This document shows, piece after piece, positions 1 to 11,170 of a DNA stretch of 64,000 bases; position 1 is the stretch's first letter; every line of letters starts with the position of its first letter. Made by a program: the position numbers and the translations under genes. The stretch is from contig JAUCBJ010002087.1 in assembly GCA_032718475.1 (NCBI GenBank), forward strand, positions 1-64,000, in the 5' to 3' direction. The notes under the pieces are model-generated. The model searched no databases, was not told where the DNA came from, and saw only the letters and a program-made list of their open reading frames with translations. Source of the stretch: Nemertoderma westbladi. Taxonomy: Eukaryota; Animalia; Xenacoelomorpha.

Positions 1-843
1 TTAATAATATAACATACAAATCGCATACTAATAGTGTAGAAATTAATACACAATAATTAATTATTATCAGAAACTTACATAGCAAGTTTCAGAAATACAA
101 TATCGATGTAAAGACTACCCTACTGGGGAAACTAAACGGTTTCAGATGCATTCAGGTAAAAGATTAAAAATGAAAAAAAAAACAGATTGAATTGTGTCAA
201 CAACTTTAAAACTAATTAATGTAAAAGTGTAGGAACGTTAATAATTTTAAATATAATACGTATTCAACTACAGCCTCCGAAAATAACAGACTACGAAAAG
301 GGAATGGGGGTTAATTTAAGGGAAAAAATATATTACAATCAAAATAATACAAAACATAAATATTATAGTTTTACAGCCAGACTCCTTGTAATCCTCATAT
401 TAGTTTCACAGACACCGCATTGCACGAACACGGACAAATAATGGCACATTAGATAGATGTCCAGTAAGAATTATAATACAGCTAGTACAATAGAAAAAGA
501 CGAGGAAATGGACACAGAATTTTATAATTGTATTGGGGTTAGGAATGTTTTTAGAATTAAATTAAATTAAAGCCTCCAAAAAAAAACATCTCCAAAACCA
601 AGAATCGAACTATTGGCGGGGTCTTATGATTCATCAGATGATTCATGTAGGTACAGCGGTACAGGTAATGTGGCCGGCCAATCACTTCGGTTCATCTAAT
701 ATTAATGAACACAATTGGTTACAATGGAGAGCCAAATAAAGAGAGAAATATTTTCATACCGAATTTCCTAGCATTAAGGGAGATGGTGTAATGCGTGACA
801 AAGAGCAGTAAAAATGTTCAAATTATCGCTCGCTGTATCCACT

Positions 844-1189
844 ATCCATACAGCAGTACCAAAATATATATAAGGTGAAAGATTCACTTGCCATGCCTTG
901 CCTTCAACTATCCCCATATTCGTATCATTTTTTACAACAATTAATGTTTCAGGCGTTGATATTTCTAGAAATGAAATAAAGAATGAAATAATGTGTCCAT
1001 TTTCCACTAGCCGACGATCCATACAGCAGTACCAAAATATATATAAGGTGAAAGATTCACTTGCCATGCCTTGCCTTCAACTATCCCCATATTCGTATCA
1101 TTTTTTTAGAACAATTAATGTTTCAGGCGTTGATATTTCTCGAATGAAATAATTTGTCCATTTTCCACTAGCCGACGATCTATACAGCA
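844..1189. repeat. Tandem duplication, ~2 copies of a ~160-172 bp unit
   Basis: The block ATCCATACAGCAGTACCAAAATATATATAAGGTGAAAGATTCACTTGCCATGCC...GTTTCAGGCGTTGATATTTCT occurs at ~845 and ~1017, and a third unit start (GATCTATACAGCA) lies at ~1177. Confidence 0.85.
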
Positions 1190-1614
1190 TTGTTACGCTC
1201 ATATTTACAATACGTTAGGTTAAATAATATCTCTTTATAACATGTTAAATTAAGGTATAAGAGAATAAGGGATAGAAAAAAAGGATATCTAGCTAGGAGG
1301 TATCTTCTTTACTGCTCCAAAGTGATATATGGGGGGGATAAATCAATACGAAATAACAAACAGCGGTCTAATGCAGCGAGAAACAGAAAGGAGAGAAACA
1401 GGAAAACAGTTATTCAATTTCGGTGAAAAAGTAATTAATATTTTAAGTGTTACGTTGTCTGCTACGATGTAATTAAATTAGTTTGTGTCATATACCGGGT
1501 ACACCGTTGGCGTTACCGTTGTACTGCTGTCAATCCAAACACAATAATGATGTAAAGGTCAGTGTTTAAACGGTTTAAATGAAACGATCAATCAATATGT
1601 AATAATGTGTCTTT

Positions 1615-2058
1615 CTTAAATTACGTAACGTAATTTAAACGACACCCCACCGTCCCCCAACGCTGTCACAAATTGTCACTCACATCCCCCCCCCCCCCCC
1701 CCCCATGGCACGTCACGAAATATGTTCCAAATTTAATAGCTTTATATTATTAATCCTAGTAAATAGTGATAAATATATATTGCTTGAAATAATTCCATGA
1801 AATATTTGTTTTATTGCCCCGTTGCGCATTGGTCATAGTCGTATAGAATTTAAGAGAATCCTGGTTAGGCATAGGCATAATGTACCTAACGTTGCCTGTA
1901 TTCGACAATGATGTGATAGAGTCAGACTAGAAGCTAAACTGAAAGTTTTTATATTGCGTAATTAACTTAACATGTATGTCTACACAATTTTGTTGTGTCG
2001 CGTTTTTTTCGAATACCCCCCCCCCCCCCCACCCCCACCTCGCGTTACGTAATTTAAG
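1615..2058. mobile_element. Degenerate MITE-like element with 16-bp inverted repeats
   Basis: CTTAAATTACGTAACG (1615-1630) is the exact reverse complement of CGTTACGTAATTTAAG (2043-2058). Internal poly-C tracts are present. No clear TSD. Confidence 0.45.
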
Positions 2059-4057
2059 GATAAGTCGTAAGTCGTATAACAGAATGATGGTAAATAAACA
2101 AAGATGTATAAACAAAATAAGCGGCAGCGGTACAAGCAGACAGACACAGTACAGAACAGACCATGGAATCCCTCCATATATCTGGTACGTAATCACCACA
2201 GTCTCATTAACTAAATAAGAATTATAATATTTTTTATGGCCCGTCAAAGGTGAGATGTTGAAAGTTATTAGTCAGAAAACAATAATAAAAACTATATTAT
2301 ATAAATAAGTTACATTGAGTCAATCAAATGAGGAATAAACGAGAAAAAAGTTGTTCAATTACTAAAAATCTGGCTAAAATATCAGCACGGAATAAATGAT
2401 AATTTTTAAAACGATTTTTGGTTTTTATGTATGCCTTTGTACTCTGGAAAAAATGATCTGAAAATAATTATTCTCATATGGAAAAATCTATCGGAATATT
2501 CATCCATGAGAACACAAACCTATGGATATATTTAAAGTTCAATAAAATAATAAAATATCTAACGAAATATAATGATTTCAAAAATAGCCGTCTTAAAATT
2601 TTAGTGATATATATATTTGTTTCATTACTCAAATAATTAAATTATGTTACATCATATCATAATTTCAGAAAGAAAAACTCCAAATACAAAATATTCATTG
2701 TACAGTTTTGAAGTACGATGGTGGTTATCTGTATATTTGCGAATAGCATACCTCCAAATTTGACAGATGATGTTTTATGAGCTGAGCACTGCTGCTTTCG
2801 AAACGCCTAGAAGCACAAGGAATAGACGCACTCATTATGAATTTCGAGCTGAACATTGAAACTTAAATCAAAAAGAAAAAGAAACTACATAAATGAAATA
2901 ATTTGGAAATAAACTGAAATTATGATAAAATTTGAATTCAAATTCAAAACAAACGCCTGTCCAGGAGAACTAGAAAACGCAATATTTGTTGTATTGTATT
3001 GCTAGATATTCTGATTTCTTGTTAAAGAACTGATACATGGATGGAAAGTAGGTTATCGTATACTTATAATGCACAGATCATATTAAATAAATAAGAGTTA
3101 AAAGCAGCAAATATAAATAATATAATGAGATAGGCCTAGAACAATCCACAAAAATGGAATAAAAATAAACAAACGGAGCGCCATATCAGATTAATATCAA
3201 GATTTATAGTTGTACATAATTCAAGCAGTTTGAATTTTCTAAAATATAGAATCAGCAACTGAAATAGGACAACATTTCGTACCTATCGAAATTTAAAATC
3301 AATTTACAAATTAGTTTTATGTTGCGAAAAATTATAAAAACTAAAGAGGCCTACTAATTGTAACCAATCAATCTTGTTTGAAAGTAGAAAATGTTCTATA
3401 ACATATTAGCTCTTTATTAAATACAAATGAATATTCTAGTCTAGAACAACAATTATTGTGTTTTAGAACATTTCAATGAGATCATTAAAAAGAGATTTCC
3501 TTAATAAAAGCAAAAGGTCGCTATGTCAAATTAAATAATTTTTTTAAAATAGTTATTTAATTTTATATATTTTTTTAATATTTTTTTTTGAATTTATTTA
3601 GGAAACATTGAGTTAAGAAATCAGTTACTTTAAAATCCAACATCGTAATGCCCCTAAACTGATTAACAAAAGATTGAAGCGCTAAAAAAACTGTCTATTA
3701 TACATTAATCTACCCAAACTAAGCAGGTTGGGTGGGGAGAAATCTACACAAACACACAATGGAATTACAAATAGTAAAGGAAAACACTGGAAATACAAAA
3801 TAATCAAGTATCGTAATATACTACGACCTGTTTGCATGCAGCAAAGAGATAAACTGCGAATTAAACATAAATATATAATTATAATATACCCACCAATGAC
3901 TTATAATGGTTGCAAGAAACACTGGGATTCGTTAAAATCATTAGCATGTAAGTCAGTGTAGCTGTGAGGTACCGGTAGAAGGAAATGAACAGTAGTTCTG
4001 ATTGATGGTCGCCTCTCGAGGTATTCATTGTGATTTCAAGCAGCGAGACAGACGGGT

Positions 4058-6883
4058 TTATACGTAGCGGTTGTAGGGGTAGCGACTGGCTACCTTCGCG
4101 TGGGGAATCTCGGCGGATTGATGCATCTGTGGGGGGTAGACGTCGTTGCCGTAGGGCCGTTGGTCCCTGTGGTAACCGGTGTAGCGCGGGGGCGGCTCGT
4201 CTATCAGTCGCATATCGCTGAAGGACCCGTGTCCGGGGTCGTAATCGTCCACCGAAGTTGTCGTCCCGCGGGGGCGGGGGGGAGGGGGGCCCTCGTCGTA
4301 CCGCGGCCCCGGGGGGTTGTAGTAGACGGGTCGGGAGGCTGTCGGGGGCACCTCCGCCATGGGGATCGGTCGCTGCTGCGGATAGTGGGAGCGACGCGCG
4401 GCGCGACTCGAAGCGGGGAGGTCCTCGTTCATCCGTCGGAAATGTTTCGCTAATCGGACGCCCAACACGATAGCCGGAATTAGAGAAGCGACGACCGCGC
4501 CTAAGGCGAACCAGAACACATTGAAAGAATCCACAACATTGGAGCAAAGGACCACGTGGAAGGAGTCGTAGACGTTACTGAGAGGCCGACAGGGGGCGAC
4601 TTCGGTTTCCAGGGAATAGTAAACCAAATCAACTTGAGACCCGATAAACCAGAAAAAACTATCTTTAAAGTCCTGAACCGCCTCGACTACGATGTTATCA
4701 AGCTCGTTGGCCATATCCTCCTGGGCGGTTGTGAGACTCGACATGAAGACCGGGACGTCCTGTTCGCGGATCCACGTGAAGTTACGTTTGAGTTTCTCAA
4801 TCAACTCGTTGATGTTCAACGATAGAATCTCCAATTTTGGAACGGATGTCGTCGTCATTGCGGCGAGGTTGTTGGCCGCGGTATTGATATTATCTTTACT
4901 CTCGGTTGGAAGTTCTGGTAGTTTCGCGATCTCGAGTAATTCGTCGACGAAATAATCGAAGTCGTCGACTTCCAGGACATCGCTGCCCATTTGGCTCATA
5001 ACATCGACGTTGTCCGCAAAATGAAACTTCGTGTAATGGAAGTTTGAAAGTTTCTCGATCTCTACGGGATTAAGAAAGGCGACGCTGTTTATGTTCACTT
5101 CGCTGTCGTCGATGAAGTTTCTGGGAACCGCGTCGATCAATTTGTCAAGTTCATCAACAACTCCGGCGGAGCGGAGCACTTCCTCCAGACCCAGGGCAGT
5201 GTAGACAGTGGCGTTGTCGCGGCAGTCCTTGAGCATGCCGCTGACGCTGAGAGGCGAGTCGTAGAGAGCGCTGAAGTTGTAGAAGTAGGGCGAGGCTGGG
5301 TCGTCCACGGTCTCGGCCAGCAGCGTGAGGTCGCCGAGGTCCCGACAGACGACGGCGCCGAACGATCCCACGATAAAGAAGATGACAACAATGAGCATGA
5401 GGAGAGAGGCGAAGATAAAGGAGAATCCCACGCCGACCATGAGGAACACCCCGCCACAGGTGGAGGCCCCACTGCGCTGGGAGGGGAGGTCCGACTGGTT
5501 GAAACCACAGACACCGAGGAGAAGCCCGAGACCATAGAAGAGAGCAATGAGAACGCAGAGACCACTGACCGCTAGGAAGCCAATCCAACGGTAATTTTCC
5601 ATAGGATCGTAGTACTTCTGTATAGAGTTACGGAAGTTGACGGTGTAGTTGGTTAACAAATCCTCTGGAACGTAATCAGTCGCGTTACTCAACTCGGCCT
5701 TCAGCGATACCAAGAGCTTCTCCTCGGCGGTGGTGATCTCCGCACGGCCCTCCGCCACGCCGTCGGCCAGCTGGAGACGCACTTCCGAGCTGATCTCCGC
5801 GAGTGTGGCCTCCCCTTCGGTGACCGAGTTCAAGTAATCCGGATCCAGAACATCCCCGAGATTGGTGCGAACGTCTCGAACCGCTTCGAGCGGAACCTGG
5901 TCTGAAGAAATCAAAATCTTCAACTTGCCAATCTCGTCTCTAAGATACTCGCAGTGCTCAATCTCATTGCAATTCGGTATCTTATTAAATCCGTCATTAA
6001 GAATATCACGCTGATCCTTCAACTCCTTACTCAACGATTCGATACTCGATTGCGAATCACTTAGATACGTAATTAAATCATCAAGGTTGGGACCGATATA
6101 ATTGAGATTCTTAGCCAAGGATTTCGCCTGGGACAACGGGGAACCGGCGATATCGAGCAACCTCCGCTCGATCTGTTCCCCGGCGCTGGCGACATCGTCC
6201 AGGATGGCCCGGGCCCCCTCCCCGGTATCGGAAACCAACTCCACCGCGGTGTCGGTCAACTCGTTCGCAGAGTTGCGGACAAACAACTGGATGTCGTTGA
6301 CCCCGTCGCTGGCGACCTTGACAATGCGCCCCGGGACTGGTTGCAGGTCCGCGTTGCTAAGGAACATACAAGCGGACGCAAGGCCCATGATAACAACGAG
6401 TAGAAGTAAAAAGAAGCAGCACAGCCAACGGGTGCAGTTCGCCCGCTTTGCGGGTTTCTGCACCATCGTGCCACCACATTTGCCGCAGCAACGGCAGCAG
6501 CAAAATATCAACCCGATAATCGGCATCAATATTATGAATAAAATCCCGACAGCGAGACATATGGTAAACTCGAGGTAATTACTCTCCACTTGTTCAGTAA
6601 GTATTGTAGTCCATCCGAGTTTTGAAATTTCTCCACCGGTATCAACAAATAAATCAGTTAGAAGATCGTATGGGAGATGGTCAGGTTGAATTCGACCTAT
6701 AAATAAGTTTGTGAGTTTAATGACATCATCGAGAAATATCGAGGGGCTGTATATATTGCTGGGATCCAAGGCGTAGATCGAGCCTGAATCAACCCCGGGT
6801 GTAGATGAGCTGGGATCATTTGCAGAAACTCCATATGTAACCAATACTATAAACAATCCGGTGACTTTCCCTAAAATATCCAT
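4058..6883 (-). CDS. PROM: Prominin (CD133-family pentaspan membrane glycoprotein), single exon, ~941 aa
   Basis: N-terminal signal peptide (MDILGKVTGLFIVLVTYGVSA). TM1 is followed by the Cys-rich prominin motif FCCCRCCGKCGG, there are five TM segments with two large extracellular loops, and the end (PCRPLSNVYDS...LCSNVVDSFNVFWFALG...RLAKHFRRM) is typical of the family. The ORF track starts at GTG 6901; the first ATG is at 6883. Confidence 0.93.
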   Translation of the reverse strand: MDILGKVTGLFIVLVTYGVSANDPSSSTPGVDSGSIYALDPSNIYSPSIFLDDVIKLTNLFIGRIQPDHLPYDLLTDLFVDTGGEISKLGWTTILTEQVESNYLEFTICLAVGILFIILMPIIGLIFCCCRCCGKCGGTMVQKPAKRANCTRWLCCFFLLLLVVIMGLASACMFLSNADLQPVPGRIVKVASDGVNDIQLFVRNSANELTDTAVELVSDTGEGARAILDDVASAGEQIERRLLDIAGSPLSQAKSLAKNLNYIGPNLDDLITYLSDSQSSIESLSKELKDQRDILNDGFNKIPNCNEIEHCEYLRDEIGKLKILISSDQVPLEAVRDVRTNLGDVLDPDYLNSVTEGEATLAEISSEVRLQLADGVAEGRAEITTAEEKLLVSLKAELSNATDYVPEDLLTNYTVNFRNSIQKYYDPMENYRWIGFLAVSGLCVLIALFYGLGLLLGVCGFNQSDLPSQRSGASTCGGVFLMVGVGFSFIFASLLMLIVVIFFIVGSFGAVVCRDLGDLTLLAETVDDPASPYFYNFSALYDSPLSVSGMLKDCRDNATVYTALGLEEVLRSAGVVDELDKLIDAVPRNFIDDSEVNINSVAFLNPVEIEKLSNFHYTKFHFADNVDVMSQMGSDVLEVDDFDYFVDELLEIAKLPELPTESKDNINTAANNLAAMTTTSVPKLEILSLNINELIEKLKRNFTWIREQDVPVFMSSLTTAQEDMANELDNIVVEAVQDFKDSFFWFIGSQVDLVYYSLETEVAPCRPLSNVYDSFHVVLCSNVVDSFNVFWFALGAVVASLIPAIVLGVRLAKHFRRMNEDLPASSRAARRSHYPQQRPIPMAEVPPTASRPVYYNPPGPRYDEGPPPPRPRGTTTSVDDYDPGHGSFSDMRLIDEPPPRYTGYHRDQRPYGNDVYPPQMHQSAEIPHAKVASRYPYNRYV

Positions 6884-8102
6884 CGCAATACCGGTGCTCA
6901 CTCAGTCCAGCAATCTGTCAGTGCATTTCATTAAATGATAGGATTAACCATTAACTAATTGATCATTTAGGGTTCAATAGGCCTATTTGTTACGTTACAT
7001 AAACATAATATATATCTACCATTTAAACAGTATGATATGATAGGGGGAACCTAACTCTGATATTCTATTACAGTTACTTACACTTATGGTTAATTATCGT
7101 TTGCTCAGTCCCAGTCCCACCTTCTGACCTTGAAAGTGGGGCTGGGCTGGGCATTATTTTTTTTGAGTCAGGCTTGTTGGGACGTTCCTGTTTAGGGGCC
7201 TCCATTTTTAATTTTTAAATGTCATTTTACCGCTTGCGCGATACAGGCTGACAGGGGGGGGGGGGGGGGGGGGGGGGACTAGATGCAAAACCCGCCTTGG
7301 CGAATTAATATCCCGCCCCGCCACAATGTTAAATTCAAAAGTAGGTAAAGGAGCAGGTTACAGTACAGTGGCACGTTATTTTAACCAAAACAATAAACTA
7401 AACACAATAAAACAGGTTACAGTTTTATTTTTGAGAGTAATCAAATCATCTGTTATTTGCGTCTAATTTCCCATGGAAGGGATTAATTTTTATTGCGTCC
7501 AGTCTCCCCCCCCCCCCCTGCCCCACCCCCCCAACCCCCCTATCTCAGTATCTGCAGATCTGGTTTTTTTACTTCATTGTGGAATTTATTTTTATAGGCC
7601 GAAGTAATTTTTAAAGAAAAATTATTATTAAATAAAAATTAATTTTTATTTTTATTAGGGCCTATAGCAGTATAGTATTTTTCCTGAAAAGACAGTTTTT
7701 CACGTGCTGTGCGTAGGGCACATCGTCCTCTTCTGCAGCAAAATTTTATAGTAAAGCAAAGTAGGCCTACACCCTAAAAGTATACAGCGGCTTAAGCCTG
7801 TAAGCAGGAAGGTTACCGTGCAGTCAGCTGGTCAGGTTACAGTAGGGAATAAGACTATATAATATATAATAATAGTACAGGATGGAGCGGAGCCCCCCAA
7901 ACAGGAATGAGCCGGATTGTCCGGAAATTGGTGCAACAAGCATAATTCCGGAAATAATGGTAGCCAATATATGGAAATATAAATATAAATGACTCAGATA
8001 AAAAGTAGGCCTATCAAATAAGTTGAAAATATGGGTCATAACATTTACCGGTAGGCTAGCTAGGCCAGCCAGGTTGGAATTTATGTAGAGTTTGCTCAAC
8101 AT

Positions 8103-8225
8103 GTGTGGCGCGGATTAAGGATCCTGGCGCGTAGTGACAGGGGCGTGTGGCGCGGATTAAGGATCCTGGTGCGTAGTGACAGGGGCGTGTGGCGCGCATC
8201 GAGGATCCTGGCGGTCCTGGCGCGA
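8103..8225. repeat. Short tandem repeat (~43-bp unit, ~2.5 copies), probably part of a small non-autonomous element
   Basis: GTGTGGCGCGGATTAAGGATCCTGG(C/T)GCGTAGTGACAGGGGC is repeated and followed by GGGTTAGGTTAGG. Further TGGCGCG motifs lie at 8941-9002. Confidence 0.6.
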
Positions 8226-9027
8226 ATATGGATGTAGGGTTAGGTTAGGACAGTAGGAGGTAGCAGGGTAGTGTAGCAGAGCAGTGCACTGGCAACACAT
8301 CCCACTCTACAGCTCTATTTGAAATTATTCTATAGGTTTAAAAAGATTGTAAAATGTCCGCTCGCTTCGCTCGCGTTTATACTATAAACCTACTCTTAGC
8401 ACTGTCTGGCTGTGGACAAATGGAAACACACGGATTTGGGATTGAGCATGACCATTAAAAACATGACTTGTTTCAAAAGATTTTCAATTGTCAGATTCTT
8501 CAAACCAATAAAACCATGACAGCCTGCATGATTCAGCAGAATTTCCGTGCTCGCCGCGCTCGCCAGCTCAGCAGCTCGCAATTTAATGACATCTGCATTT
8601 CTGCATTTGACATTTGAAAACAGTCGCTTTGCCTACTTTAAATGCTGAAATGTTAAAATTTTCGTGCTCGCTGCGCTCGCATCTTGATCACATCTACATT
8701 TAAAAACAGTCAGTTGATGTTTACCTACTACTACTACTACTACAACTATACAGCACTATCTGACTATTACTGTCAGACTGTATTTATGTTAACATAATCA
8801 GATATAATTGGAATATTTCCTTGCTCGCTACACTCGCATTTTAATGTTAAAATACTGTAGGGCTACAGCATTATAAACTGATAAATTAATACAATTAGGC
8901 CTAAGCAATTACTGCAAAATTTCATAGTCAATTGTTGGCTTGGCGCGCATTTGATATCATGGGTGGCGCGATTTTCGTTTAACCAGAACGCGTGTGGCGC
9001 GCTTTTTGTCAGTATTCCATATAGGCT

Positions 9028-9195
9028 GTAGGTCGTGGGTTCGATCCTCAGTTTTCCTCACATGGGCCAGAGCAGTTTTCGTTTCGGCACGAATGCTTTA
9101 AAGGGACCAGCCAGGGCGCATCTCTCGTCTTGCATCCTTAAGTGGTAGCTAAATGAGTACTGGAGTTTCCTCTGGGGAGTAAAGTTCTGGGGGGA
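9028..9195 (+). mobile_element. Possible 5'-truncated tRNA-derived SINE remnant
   Basis: Pol III B-box-like GGTCGTGGGTTCGATCC at ~9031-9047, followed by CATCCTT...GCTAAATGAGTAC...GGGGAGTAAAG, which resembles conserved SINE central domains. No A-box or TSD seen. Confidence 0.35.
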
Positions 9196-10689
9196 CCGCA
9201 CTGGAAATATCAGTAGGATATATGACCAAGGCAATAAGATAGATTTAATAGGCTACCCACAGACCCTATGATATTATAAACCTTTTTTTATATTCAGATA
9301 TTGCAGTATTCAGGTATTGCAGTATTGGTACCGGTAATTGTTGATTTTATATTGTTGGCTTTATTGGCCTGTTTGTATGAAGACTAACTAAGAATTTATG
9401 TTTCTTTTTGATGATGGAATCTAGCTAAACCATAATACACTGTTAACCAGTTTATACTGTTTATAAGGTGTATTGTACGAGAATGTATTATAAACCTTGT
9501 TTTATATCTACGGTAGATAGGTATCGATAATTGTATTGTATTGTATATAATTATATTGTTGGCTTTGATGGCCTGTAATTTTGGTTTGGCCTTTTTTAAA
9601 AAGTTGAAAATGTCCGGAAATATCCCTGAACTATTCCTGATGGGGAATTTCCATTTTTTACTGTGTTTTTTCAACTGTCCCGAATTTCCCAGGTCCGGGA
9701 AATTCCGGACACCTTGAGACCAAAAAAATAATGAGCCGGCACAGCCACAGGGCCGGCTCACGGATTTCAAAAAAAAAATGTATGCAGTATGATAGATGGA
9801 TAACCTAACTGCCTAATGTATATGTAAAGCAAATGGTTTGCATTTTAATGTAAAGGTCTGGCTGTGAGGTCCAAAAAATCGAAAAATTGTCCATAATTAC
9901 CCCAGTATACCCTATAAAATAGGCCTAAATAAAAATTATAAAATATTTATAAAAACGTTTTCTTATAAAGGATATACATTAAATTATAGGCTTATAGCAG
10001 TATAGGTACCGGCTGACCGGTATGACATATGACCTACAATTGCGCGGTGGCGGTGTACCGGTAGGCCTAATTCATTTCATATTAAAACATGCTCAATAAA
10101 GCTAATACAGTAATACTAAGGTAGTTCATAGTTGGCTTTACTATGCTATGCACAACAAACTTAGGCGTACTCGCACTCGCGGTAGCTGGATTGGACAGAT
10201 GGAGGAAAAGCAGAACACCGAACATGGCTGCATGGAACAATAACCGAATAAAGAAATGCGATAGGCTATAACAGTATAAACAACCAACTTTAACATGCAG
10301 ACATGAAATCCAATACAATGTACGGTACAGCAGCACAGTACAGACGTACGGTACACAACCGGTACCGTAGAGCTGTAGAGGAAAAGCAGAACAATGAAGA
10401 AATGCAAAATCACACACAGCTGTGCAGCATCCTGCACACGCACAGCAGACAGCTGACTCAAGGCCATCGCCATATTAATTGCCTCTATGGTCAGATGGTA
10501 TAGGACATTGAACAAGTTGAGCTAGGTACAGTAGTTAATGAATTTTCCAATATGTCTTTAAAACCCCTCCACAACCTACAAGCGGGATCTCTCCTCCAAT
10601 TGATATTGTTGATCCTCCAAACTTCACAACGTCCAGAAACTACAGTATGATGTTTCGGTAGAGACCGTGGATATTCTGTCTGCTCTTGA

Positions 10690-11170
10690 TGTTAATTAAT
10701 AAATCTCGTGGACCAGATAATATCCCACCGAGTTTCTTAAATCGTTGATGAAATTCCTTGCACCTTCTTTATTTAGAATATTTAAATTACTGAAAAAAGG
10801 CAACTATTTTCCGATTGTGTGGAATAATTAATGCCTTAGAAATTCACCAACATAAAAATGGGAGTAAAATTGACATACAGTATTTAGTACTATCCGATTT
10901 CACTTCTCGCAATCCCAGGGAAAGTGTTCGAAAGGTGCATATTCATTGCAGTATATGAACAAGTAAGGGTGCGACTACACAACGCCCAACATGGGTTTAG
11001 AAAATGTAGCTCACATTTATTACTCAACTTCCTTATTTTCCTAGATAATGTTTACAAAGGTATGGATAATGGAGAGTTGGAGGTGGAGACAGTTCGACTT
11101 TCAAACTTCGACTTTCAAAAAGCATTTGAATCAGTTAGCCACGAGTCACTACTTAAAAAGTTATGGTATG
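10690..11170 (+). pseudogene. Decayed non-LTR retrotransposon (CR1/L2 group) ORF2 reverse-transcriptase fragment
   Basis: Disrupted translation gives KSRGPDNIPPSFL...HKNGSK...PISLLAIPGKVFER...AQHGFRK...FDFQKAFESVSHESLLKKL, matching LINE RT motifs 0-3. Confidence 0.8.

Noticed and set aside
3879-6578. Overlapping alternative-frame and antisense ORFs in prominin (and in the Gypsy and BEL coding regions)
   Set aside because: Shadow ORFs caused by GC-rich codon usage of the real genes.
7253-7277. Long poly-G/poly-C tracts (also ~1686, 2015, 20673, 60304, 61605, 61975) as a functional G-quadruplex system
   Set aside because: Mostly embedded in MITE remnants, their lengths are unreliable in assemblies, and there is no consistent positional pattern.
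8237-8250. Telomere-like GGGTTAGGTTAGG
   Set aside because: Only 2-3 units, which is common in small invertebrate repeats and is not an interstitial telomere.
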